Source: Blasia pusilla (Eukaryota). Taken from it: DNA of 64,000 nt. Below are positions 52,758-64,000 of this stretch, piece after piece. Position 1 is the first letter of the stretch. Each line of letters begins with the position of its first letter. The position numbers and the translations under genes were made by a program. The notes under the pieces are model-generated. The model searched no databases and had not been told where the DNA came from. It saw nothing but the letters and a program-made list of their open reading frames with translations. The stretch covers positions 8,556,001 to 8,620,000 of the forward strand of contig CM114271.1 of assembly GCA_050084515.1 (NCBI GenBank), in the 5' to 3' direction.

Positions 52758-53567
52758 CAAAATAAGTCTAAATTATATGCATATTTTCGATGCTAAGATC
52801 ATGAGGTCGACTGCTATGTCGTCTCATAGGCATGGCTCCATCATTTTCTCACAAGCTCATATGCACGCCACGCAACTCAATGCTCGTCCCCAACAACGAT
52901 AAAGAAAACTCTGCACTATGGAAAGAGACTCCACCCTTGCATGTCTCTTCGTGGGACTATCTGCTATAAGAATGTCGTCCGTATGTGTGCTTCTCTCCCC
53001 GAACCCTCTTGATCAACTAACGCCACTTGTGAAAGTTGCAAACGTGGTTATTGTATCCTCACGTGGTCGACTACCACTACCCCTATTAACTACACCGATA
53101 AACGGCTCACCCGCACTAAAACTCCACTCCTAAATATACATCGGCATATTGAGCCATATCCACCCTCTGCTATGAGGGAATCTAGATGCTAGCATCCTAG
53201 CTCCTACACATCCACGCACACACTCATGCAAGAGAGGTGCTCTTAAGGCTCAACATGAGAAAGATGGCTTGAGAAAGCCATCTCTACCTCTCTTATATCC
53301 TTGGGAAGAGCCAAAAGGCTCTTCCCCAAAAAATAGCCCTCCCAATGGTAACCTACGTGCATAGGTAATCGGATGACCGTTGACTCGATCAACGAGTCAT
53401 CTAACGAACTAAAACCAAAATAAGGAAATCGCCACAAATGACGTTCTCGACGCAAGAGACTTGTTGCTAATCTCATCTGACATCTTGGGATGAAGTTACA
53501 CTCGAGATAGTCCGCTAGCTCTTGATGTCTTCGCCAGAGTAGATCTCTACCTATAGGCTACAACGAT

Positions 53568-54061
53568 GTGACACAATGTTCAATTTCTTGTTTTAAAGTA
53601 AATGGCGGTGGTGGATGGCCTGATGGCACCAAGGATTCCTCTCTGCCAACTTCGAACATGGAATATGTTCGAGAAATTCAGTTGGACAAGGATATCGCCA
53701 TGTTGAAGGTGTCGGTCATGACAACTTTGTATGTTGTCAACTTTCCTCCATTTTATGTTCAACCTTATGATGAACATGGAAAGCAATACTTTGGCATTAA
53801 AGAAGAGTTCAACAACTTGGATGTGTTCTAGAAAATGAGGGATGCGGAATTCTGGAAAGTAGTGGCTGGAACAAAGTACAAGTGGATGGAGAACTTGTAC
53901 TTCTTCATTTGGGATGGAAATCATAGATTCATGGCATAGTCCCAGTTTGCAACACAACGCCCAAATTCTTTGGAGGCGCATTTTTGCGTGAGGGTAGTCG
54001 TCCTCCACCCCTATCCTAATCATCTGATCACGGTGGAGATGGCCATGTACTCCATGAACAT
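53568..54061 (+). pseudogene. ParB/sulfiredoxin-like domain relic (IWDGNHR), probably transposon-borne
   Basis: One frame 53568-54061 broken only by two TAG codons (TGG>TAG plausible); YFFIWDGNHRFMA at 53898-53936; GTAAGT donor at 54062. Confidence 0.55.
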
Positions 54062-54102
54062 GTAAGTATTTTCTCTCCCGTTAGTAAAGTTTAGTCATGC
54101 TC

Positions 54103-54418
54103 GCAACCTGTGAGACTCCGACGGGTTGCTACTTTCTCCTTGAGATAGCCTCTTTGGTAGGTGAACTTCTGGGAAAGCGGCAACTTGTCAGACTCTGACA
54201 GGTTGCATCTTTAATCTTGAGCTAGTCCAAACCTCCGGGTAGGGAGCTGGGTGGGGTAATGCAGAAACCCATTAAAATCCAATGGGTTGCTTTGCCATGA
54301 GAGTTGTACAAGTTTTTTGGCCATGATGACACCCGTCGGACTCCAATGGGTTGCAAGATTTTGGTAAAAAACCCCATGCGATTGGCTTTGTGCAACCCGT
54401 CAAAGTTCGATGGGTTGC
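54103..54418. repeat. Five spaced 27-bp palindromic repeats, consensus GCAACCCGTCGGACTCCGACGGGTTGC
   Basis: Units start at 54103, 54180, 54264, 54328 and 54392. Confidence 0.8.
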
Positions 54419-54477
54419 AATTCTAACAAAGAATCTTATTATTTACCTTATCTGTAGTCGGGAGAAACCCTTTGGAC

Positions 54478-55333
54478 TCACCGAGTTCTCAACTCGGCAG
54501 TTCATCAAGCTCAACCTTCCTAGTTCCTCACTTTTCAAGATAGGCAAGTCTTACGAGACTTAAAACATACTTTTTGGAGATTCCAAGCATCTCAAATGGC
54601 GTTCGTCCACCTGGCAGTCCCAACTATCCAACGGAACTTGCATGAGCCCCTAACCAAAACCCACTTAAATGAGTTCCAGATCGAAATTCAAGAGTAACCT
54701 CCGAAATCCACTCTATTGGACTTTGTTTGGGTTTTGAATCCCAATGCCAAACTCCCGATCCATTCCGTGCCCTTGGTTCATCCTACGGTGCCCCAAAGTG
54801 GGATCTTGGTTCCAACCACTCTTGGAGATCTTCCCCCTTGCTAGTACTTTTGGGGTTCTCTAGCCTCCCCCTATCTTTTGAGAAAAGACTCTTGGGCCCC
54901 TCTTTTAGGCCCTGAACCCAACTCCCCCTATAATCATTTTGAGGCAAGTTTTCAACCTTTGCTTAGATATTTCATGCATTAGAATTGGCTTTGGATAAGC
55001 TTTCTAACGCCATCTTACTTGTCCCAAACTCATCTTATGACTCAAAGTTATGGTCCAAAATACAATCAAAACCCTAATGCTAGTCATATTCCAAATGCGA
55101 TTCAGACCTATTTGGCAAACACTCTTCCTAGACTCAACTCTTCTCAAGTCTTGGTTCCCATCTAGTTTCTTAGTTGCAATCATGAAGGCATGAAATGCTC
55201 AACCTTGTTCACGTCTCATATCGTATCTCTCCTCCAAGCTAAGAAACCTCCCAAATTCTCAACCATCCTAACGTGAGCCCACTAGAGTTTTGATGTTCCG
55301 CTTTGCGCTTGTTTCGCTATGAGGGTTATGACA
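54478..55333 (-). repeat. Family A LTR, truncated at the left end
   Basis: Homologous to ~42880-43730; ends gagggttatgaca. Confidence 0.85.
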
Positions 55334-55351
55334 CTTAAGGACCAAGATGGT

Positions 55352-56372
55352 TGTTGTGCGCTTACTCTCCTTGAACGTAAATCATTAATATTGCAGAAGT
55401 GTGTGCTTAGTAGGACATGCTCCCAATCCTGATTTGCCCCCAAACAGGCACTCACGTTAGTCGAGTCTGGGTCAATCAGCATTCTAACTTGCCAAGTTCT
55501 CCACTCGGCCTCTCATCAAGCTCAACCTTCCTAGTTTCGCGGTTTACAACACATACAATTCTTTGAAGACTTGGGACAAACTTTCTAGTCGGTTCAGGAA
55601 CCTCAAATGGTGTTTGAATGCCTAGCGGTTCCAATTGTCCAATGGACATCCAATGAGTCCCTAGCCGTAAGTCAAGAAGATGAATCATAGTTGGAATCCA
55701 AGTGTGGCTTACGAAATCCACTCCCTTGGATCAAGTTTGGGTTTCGAGTTCCAACGTCAAACTCCCGTTCCATCCCGTGCCCTTGAGATGCCGTTTGGTG
55801 CTCAAAGTGGGATTTGTGTTCCAAGTATCCATGGAGGGACTCCCCCTTACTAGTACTTTTGGGGATCCCCGCCCTCTCCCTAAAGTTAGGGAAAGACAGT
55901 CAGGCCCCTCAGATTGGCCCTCTATCCAACTGCTATCACAATTATTTACGGCCAATAGCTTAGCTTGTACTTATGCATTTTCTAAGATCTTTGGTGCGAC
56001 GGTCTTGGCATAAGCTTTCCAACGCATTATTATTTGTCCCAAACGCATATTGGGAATAAAATATGGTCCAAAAAATAGTCAAAATCCGCAAACACTAGTC
56101 GTGTTCCAAAATTGGTTCTCATCTCTTTGGCAACCAATCTTCCTAGACTCAACTCATCTCAAGTCATGGTTCACGTTTGGTTCAGTTTTCCTGGTCGTGA
56201 CCACAAATGCATGAAATGCATAACTCTATTATGAGTTTCGTCTCTTGGACTTTTCCAAAAGATATCTCTAAAAGCCTCTCCAAAGCGCGATCATTATAGC
56301 GTGAGTCAACTAGAGTTATGATGTTCCGCTTGGCACCTATTTGGTGTTTGTTTGGTTATGAGGGTCACGACA
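55352..56372 (-). mobile_element. Family A solo LTR
   Basis: TG...CA termini; TSD ATGGT/ATGAT. Confidence 0.88.
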
Positions 56373-57195
56373 ATGATAGTCTTGTGATGGACACATTAGA
56401 TCATTGCCACTACAGTTTAGTGGTGGTGTGATCGAGCGACGACCTAGAGAGGTGGTGACCTTGGCCTGATTCAACAACGCCATCACTTGGCCAAGATATT
56501 TGATGGAGGGCCATATTCATGTAGAGTACAAGCCTAAGGGTAATACTTCTATGGAGGGGAGTGTCATTATGGCACCATCCCATAGAGGAGAGGTGTTGCT
56601 ATGGGGCTCGCTTTAGGAGCTTTGACCGAGTGTGAATAGGAACATACTGACAACTTGGAGAGAGGTTCACAAACATGGTCAATGGAGCTTGACGTAGTTG
56701 GAAGTGCTTTATCGACACCCTTGGATACCACCATGATTGTGTGGGGAGTCTTTGAGGAGGGTGTGCGAATGTTGGATGTTTTTGGAGGGATCAACATTCG
56801 TTTGATTGTTGTGTTGCACAAAAATAATTGTGTGCAAAAGAACTTGAATGTGGAGCATGACTACGTGGCAAGTCTACCTTCAACAGGTTGCTTTGTTGAG
56901 GCAACGATTTCTTGATCTCTTGCTTGCTTTAGCTATGCAGGGTTACTAGAGTTCCTTACCAAATGACATCTTATTGTTGGGGATGTAGGATCTCGATTAG
57001 GTAGGCACCATCCATTTGGTAATTTCTGGTTGGCCTTGGCCAAGGTCAATCGAGTTTTGGATAAGGGGGTGGCTTGGATGACCCTAGGTCGAGGGTTTTT
57101 TGGAAGATGGTGCAAATATTGTGTCATTTGTAGAAGCATTAACCTTGGTCTCTAGCATACATTCACGAGAATACATTGTTGCTGGATGACTCTAA
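56373..57195 (+). mobile_element. Family M copy 3 fragment (protease-MTase linker and MTase motifs I-VI)
   Basis: ORF 56655-56915 TPLDTTMIVWGVFEEGVRMLDVFGGI; tggccttg(g)ccaaggt = WPCQG with a 1-nt insertion at 57031-57046; YIHENT at ~57158. Confidence 0.85.
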
Positions 57196-59670
57196 CACTA
57201 GAATATTTTTTTTCTTTTTATGATCAGGTTTTATGAGTCATATATCACCTTGAATAACTAGAAATGACTAGTTATTCGTAGAGACACAAAAGCCAAGTCC
57301 TATCTTTGACATATTTTGAATGGACAGCATGGTTTGCTGACATGGCATGAAAATATGAGTCATATTAACATGAGTGCCATGTCATGTAGATGATGTCGCA
57401 AGTGATTTGATGACATGGACTAAATGACAAAAACTTTTGTCTAATCATATGCTTCATCCTCCATCTGTCTATCCATCCCTCCATCCATTATTTCCGTCCA
57501 TATGCCTTACCCTCCATATGTTACTTCCATTCGTATGTCACACCCTCTATCCGGATCCCTCCCACCTTCCACCTTCCATCTTCCATATGTCCATCAATTA
57601 AGTTTGTCCATTATTACTCCATCCATTGCCCCCATCCGTCCATGAACTCCTTCTCCATCCAAACTCCATCTATTAATCCCATTCGTGAACTCCAACCATC
57701 CATTCTTCTCCTTCCAAACTCCATCCATCCATTCTTCTCCATCCAAACTCCATCCATCAACCTTGTTCCATCCATTAACCCCATCTGTTCATGCATTCTA
57801 TCCCCCCCATCTATTTATGATCTCCGTCTCCGTCGAGCCATCCATGTGCCCCACCTTACATCCATCATCCTGGTATGCCAGAACATGTCTTGAGCAAGAC
57901 TCAAACTTGCACCACTAGGCCCATAATTGAATCTTTTGCCACTACCCCATATATTATTATATGTACATGTGCAACAAATTTCAATAGATATAGAAAATTT
58001 TTTCGGGGGCATAATTATACTTCTAAAAACTCATATTTATATTATTTTGTTTCACAAATAATTCAAATATTATGAACATTTATTTTAAAGTCTTGAAATA
58101 GGTAAAAATACATATATAATATTACATATTTTTTTATATTATAAAATACATGATAATAGTGAAAAAATTAATATAATCCAATATGATCGTTTATTGGAAC
58201 ATATAAAGTCTTAAAATAACCTAATGCTCACAAAAGTTTATCATTGGAAAAATATTTTAAAACGATTTTGTATTAAATCAAAAAAATGAATTCAATTATT
58301 GGTATGTTGGTGAGTGGATATTTATTGATTCTAAAATTTGAAATTTGGAAATAATGTTGTCACAAGATGAAGATGAAAATACAAACGACACTTGAAATAT
58401 TTCCCCTCAAAGTCCCCTATTTTTCTTTCTTCCTTCTTTTTATTGTTCTCTCTAAAACAAAATGCACAAATCATGCAACTTTGTTACACTATACATTCGG
58501 GTCTCAAGAACTAGACCAAAAATAAAATCCCAAAATGAACATTCGAAGAGGGAATTGAAAATCACAAACTTTAAATTTTGGTTTCAAATTCTTGTTTCAT
58601 CATGGAACAGTAAATAAAATATCTAAACCATTCAAGTGGGATAGGGCCTTCCCAACATCAAGTCCTCCAACTTCTATCTCAATCCAACGGTAGGGACAAA
58701 TGATGTTTCAAGATGAATATGAAAATACTATAAATTTTGAAAATATTCCCATTTAAAGTTCTCCTCTTTCTTTGTCTCTTCTTGTTTGATCTTTCTCTCT
58801 AACCAAAAGTTCATAAATCACAATATGAAAATTGGACTTAGAATCCACGGTCAAATCAAGAATATTGAAATGATCATTCAACAAGGGAATTAAAAATCTT
58901 AAACCCTAAATATGGTCTCCTAATTATGGTTTTATCATATAAGACTAAATTGAAGATCTGATCCAATGAAGTAGTAGAGGATCTTACCAAAATCCACTCC
59001 TCTAAGTTTTAATTCGATCCAACGGTGGGGACTAATGATGATTCAAGATGAAGAAAATACAAAGAAAAATGCTCGTGACATCTCCACTCAAATACAATGT
59101 TAAATACTGTGATTAGTCTTCCTTGTTTATTTATCCTTCATTCAAACTAGCTTAAGGACACTGACTGATATAAAGATTTTCATATGTATACTTTAAGATA
59201 AAGGTGAAATTCTAACGAGAAATATGGACGTTTCCCCACCATATGGAATTATAAAGGGAAAATGGATATTTTGATTTCAAATTTAAAAAGTTAACAAGAA
59301 TGTAAAAATAAAAACAAAATTGAAGAGGTGTTAAATGCAATGTGGGCATTCTTCCAGATTCTGATATGACCACATATAGATGGTTAACGTCGGAAAGTGT
59401 CAGGGTCTCAATGAAATAGTGCCTCAATGCTTCACTGCAACGGAATGCCTAGAATAAATTATATCCCAAGATAAAAAAAAAAACATCATCTGATTGGAGG
59501 ATGACATCCTAAAAAACATAAGTAATTATTCATAACTCACAAATATTAGACAAGTGAGAAGATATGACTTGTTTATGACTAAAGAACTAGATGAGCATCA
59601 GAATCCTAAAGTGAATGACTAAACCATTTTAGTCATGGTTTGAGTTATTCTTTCCGGCAGTCATTTAAAG
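57196..59670. mobile_element. Probable non-autonomous CACTA-like element, AT-rich
   Basis: Begins CACTAG where family M homology stops; atgact/agtcat motifs near both ends; CCAT-rich tract at 57460-57870; right terminus not found. Confidence 0.4.
58363..59060. repeat. Diverged tandem repeat, unit ~340 bp
   Basis: caagatgaa..gaaaatac at 58363, 58709 and 59044; tccaacggt.gggac at 58683 and 59018. Confidence 0.75.
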
Positions 59671-59679
59671 TTTAGTTAC

Positions 59680-62600
59680 AAAAACGGAATATTTCTTCTA
59701 GTGTATACGTCACGAGTGGTGATAATATATTGTACATAAGATCTATGTATTGATTAGACCATGTAATGTACAACTCAAGGAAAAATATACTTTTTCTATC
59801 GTAAAGCACTAAGTTCGTTATCAAGAGACCACTATTTCCTGAGTAAAGAGAGGTTTTGTAAATAATATCAACAATAAACTCCTTCTTCACTAAAATGCTT
59901 TACTAACTACAACGACACAGTCCTACAAGTACAAAAGAATAAAAGGCTTTTATTTCCTCTTGGAAAAAGACTTTCTCAAGTGCATACGAAAAATCTTGTG
60001 AATCTTTAATAACAAAGCTCCACGAAGATCTCAAAGAGACCTCAAGAATGGTGGCTCATCATACTTTTAGAACTAAACGTGGTTACTCATTGTTTAACAA
60101 CTTTCCTACACTTCTTCTTGATTATATGTTGGAATTCTGAAACTACAAGACTCAACTCTCATTTCTATTGCAACCCAATAAGATCCAATTTCAATTCCGC
60201 ACATCAGAAAGCATGAGAGAAGACTCTTCTTCTACATCAAAGAGTGGAAAGAACTAGAAAAGTATTACAAGCTTCAGAAAAGAAAAGACTCTTCTGCTTA
60301 CATCATCCCTCAACAAAACTTCCCACACTCTCACCAAGACTGTTGGTAAACTCAAGATACATATAACAATATTGAGGAATTCAAGACACAAGGGAATGAT
60401 CCATTATTCTCCTAATTTGCTCTTTAAATATTCTTTTACAATTCCTTATTGCTCTTCATATTCTAATCTAGATTTAGAACTGCTAATCCTAACCTCCTCG
60501 GTTCAAATTATCTAACCCTCCATCTTCCTAAGTTGCTTGGTTTCCTTGGCGATTCATTTCTGCTCCCTTTATCCCGATGCGCCGCTCCATTTTTGGCTTC
60601 CAAAACCTCCGCGACCGTTTAGTCTTAACAGTCTTCGCGCTCCTATTTTTGAGCTCCTATGTTCGTGCGAAGACTCTTTATCCTTCTGCCGCTGCAAATA
60701 GTCCTTCTTTCGACTTTCTTTCACTCCGTTGTCTTCAAAACATCTCTTGTCTTTCTATCCCTATTCTTAATACACTTTTCCGCTTTCTAAAGACTCTTTG
60801 ACTTCTTCTACTTCTTTCTCTGCCTTCTTAGAGTTCTTAGTCTTTGCTCTTCGTTCCTTGTACTTGGTTTTTGCACAAAGACTATCTTCAATTTTCTTTA
60901 CAAAGAAGCTTTTTCTCAATCTTTGATGATAGTTTAAATTGCCATTGATCGTACGCTGCATCTGAGTGAGCCGCAGGTTTCTGAGGACGTTTATGTACTC
61001 TTGTCCCGTGGCGTGGTTAGACAAGTTTCCTATCTGTTTGAGCACACCGACTAGTGGTTCCACAATTTGTAGAAACGAAGTCAAATGTCTTAAGGTTGTG
61101 TGCAGAGGTTGCACCACCAAACTTTCAACAGAATCGGAAGGGACAACCGATGGTTTGACAGCTTCGGTCGCGGGTGTTTCTCCTACTTGCTCGTCCGCTT
61201 CTTGATGTGGTTTGATTCGAACCCTCTTAGGTCTTGGTACCTCCGGCGATTATGAGGATGGCCAAGATGAAGACCCTTTTTTTGGCCATTTCTTGGTCCT
61301 CGACACACTTTGAGGTGTCGCCGCTTGTGGTAGTGCCGCTACGTCTCTAGAATCCAAAGCAGATGCTTTGGTGGGCTTTGGTCTTAGAATCGGAGTAGCT
61401 GTGATCCACTATGAAGACTCGTCGAGGGTAATCTTCCCGACTTGTGAATACAACCGAATTAAGAAGGGAGAGAGATACGATTTCTCCCCTCGTGTTAACG
61501 ATGCTATCAAATCGAGTACATGGGCCTTTACAAGCCCCAAAAAATCAACTCCTGGCTCTTTGGGTGGCACATGCATATTCCAACGAGTGTAACATTGCTT
61601 TACAAGCTTATTACTCATAGAATAGTTCCAAGCTAGATTGAACAAGACTTGGTACACCCTACAAAATTGCGCAAATAGAGGAGGACTCAACATCTGCAGC
61701 TTGTAGCTGTTCCTCACTAATCGCTATGCTGTGACGCACCCCAATTCTTCAAGCTCCTCTTGTGGGACAAGAGCGTCACAATCTAGTTCCTCCTCTGGGC
61801 CCATAGGTAACTCATATGTGACCCAATTGTTTGGTTGCGCCCGATACTTGTATCCCTTCTTACCAAATTCAATCACCTTGGAGCTCGAATGTAGCTCTGT
61901 GAGTAACGCCACCAAAGACTGCCACCAATCTACTCCAAAGAACTGCCACAAAGACCTTTCCTCCAAGGCTTCGTATAGTTCACTCAAAATCCCTAACGAA
62001 AGATACACCCCGCACTTCATGAGCGCCATGTCTTCCTTGGTACTCTTGTCTGTCTACTTCCGACGGTTCTTGCGCGATCTCAACAGTGCCCTCTTTGGTA
62101 AACTTTTGATAGTTCCGGGTTCTCTTGCCATGAGAAATGAGCAAACTCATGCCCCCGGTGTGACTACTCTACGCCCGATAACCGCCAGTCTTATGTAACG
62201 GCCGCCTCTCCCGTAACGGCCTCTTGGCACTCTTTGTGATTTAGGGCAAAAAACTCGAGGACAACGACTCTGCTGGAAGAGACAGAGACTGCGAAGACAA
62301 AGAAGGAAAAGACTCGAAGATCACCATTCCTTGTCTTTCCCGAGTCTTTGCGAGTCCTTGGAGTCCTTACTTCACCCGTATGAAATGTTTAGCGCTAGGT
62401 CCTGTGCTTGCGCTTTCTCTACCCCCTCCCTCAGTCTTCAGGCAGGTGTATAATATCTTCGCACATGCATGCCATTTACCCTTGTTGGAAATGCTTCTCC
62501 TTTCAATGTCTCCAATTGTAAAAAACCATTTTCAAAAATCTCCATAACCCAGTAAGGCCCCATCCAGTTTAACTTAAGCTTCCCTAGGAACTTTATACAA

Positions 62601-64000
62601 CGGTCGGCAAAAATTAGCACCATGTCCCCTTCTCTTCTTGATTGTGGTCTCAAGTTCTTGTCATAGCGTGTCTTCCTTTGTGCTTGGACAGTCTTTATAT
62701 GTCTAAGGGCAAGATGTCTTGCCTCCTCCACCGCTACCAGGTCTTTGTTCCTTTTTGCTGTGGTAGCCGACTCTTCTCCGTCCCTCTCTTCTTCTAAAAT
62801 TTAGTAGGTTGGCACCTCCCATTCAATTGGAATGGTGTGTACTTGGTAGTGACTTTCTCCATATGTTGGTATACCCAGAGGGAAACAAGAATCTTGGTAT
62901 CCTAGTCATATGAATAGGTGACAGTCAGGCGGTTCAAGATCCTACAAATAAGCCCATTGGACGTCTTAGTTAACCCATTAGCTTTGGGGTTGTATGGGGT
63001 AGTCTTCTTGTGATTGATCAGGAAATGGTCGGTCAAAGCTTCGATTGTCTGGTTGAGGAAATGGGTTCCTCGGTCGCTCACCAACTCCAAAGGACAGCCA
63101 TGTCTATTAATGATCATTTCATATACAAATTTAGCTAATGCCTTAGTGTCATCCTTCTTAGTAGCGACCGCTTCCACCATCTTGGTACAATAATCCGAGT
63201 GGCAGGTGAGATGGGCCCCATGAAGTCGATACCGCACTTCTTAAATGGGGTTAAGGGAAGAATAGGTACCAATGGCCAATGGGAGGTTGCCGTGGGCCTT
63301 CTTATCTTTGACAAGCATCACACTATGGTATAAAGAACCTAACATCTCGATACATGGTGGGCAACCAATAGCGTGCGGCCAAGATCTTTTTGACCATATT
63401 CTTGACCGTATTCTTAAGTGCATAATGCCCTTTTTCATCCACCTTGTGCATAGCAGCAATCACTCAAGGTACTTCCTTATTCTCCTAGCATCTCCGGTAT
63501 TCTTCGTCCACGCTAAGCTTGAATAATACCTCATGGCAGAGCTCATAAGGCCCTACCTTACCTAAAAACACTGCATGTTCTTCTGCTGTCATAGGGGCTG
63601 GAAATTTGAAAGTGACAAGGAACCGCAAAATGTCCTCGTATGAAGATATTCTCAAGGTCTCTTTGCTTATCAGGAATAGCTCCTTGTCCGGAAAATCATC
63701 TTCGAGGGTCTTCGTGAGGTCGGACTCCGGCGTTCTCAACCGTGATAGGAAATCCGCATTGGGGTGGATTTTCCCTGCCCTTGTTACCACGTCAAATGTG
63801 AACTCTTGTACCAAGAGAATCCACTGAGCAATCCTGCCTGATAAATCTGCTTTGGGCACCAAGGCACAAAGCGCAAAATGATCGACATGAAAAACAAATG
63901 GGTACCCCAGCAAGTAATGCCGGAACTTCTTGCAAGCAAAGACCATTCCCAGGTCCTCCCTCTATGTAGTAGTCTACTTTTGCTCCGTCATTGAGAGTTT
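59680..64000 (-). mobile_element. Athila/Tat-like Ty3/gypsy element related to family B: RNase H, integrase, accessory ORF, partial LTR
   Basis: RNase H (KFRHYLLG...VDH, 63485-63946); integrase (LVSDRGTHF, TTPYNPKANG, WMGPY; 62438-63460); accessory ORF ~62130-60940; LTR-like 59680-60920 similar to 46440-46700. Confidence 0.88.

Noticed and set aside
54103-54418. CRISPR array
   Set aside because: Repeats are degenerate, spacer lengths vary widely (37-57 bp), no cas genes are present and the context is eukaryotic TE DNA
57614-57918. ORFs with MDG/PSI repeats
   Set aside because: Translation of a CCAT-rich low-complexity tract

Overview
Repeat-dense plant genomic DNA; the gene and TE content look bryophyte/moss-like, but that assignment is inference. 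There is one intact host gene, a 3-exon FRIGIDA-like gene on the minus strand (25990-23209, 648 aa). The rest is nested, mostly decayed transposons: a tRNA-Met-primed Ty3/gypsy family ('A') with several solo LTRs, an Athila/Tat-like family ('B') with an accessory ORF, two inverted Ty1/copia elements, a Helitron-type PIF1 helicase relic and probable CACTA relics. The standout is a Ty3/gypsy family ('M') whose pol reads gag(2xCCHC)-protease-DNMT3-like C5 cytosine methyltransferase-RT-RNaseH-integrase-PHD finger. It is present as a near-complete copy (9978-17601) and two further copies whose independent mutations reconstruct intact catalytic motifs (WPCQG, ENV). One of those copies has been split by an inversion that can be traced through target-site duplications.
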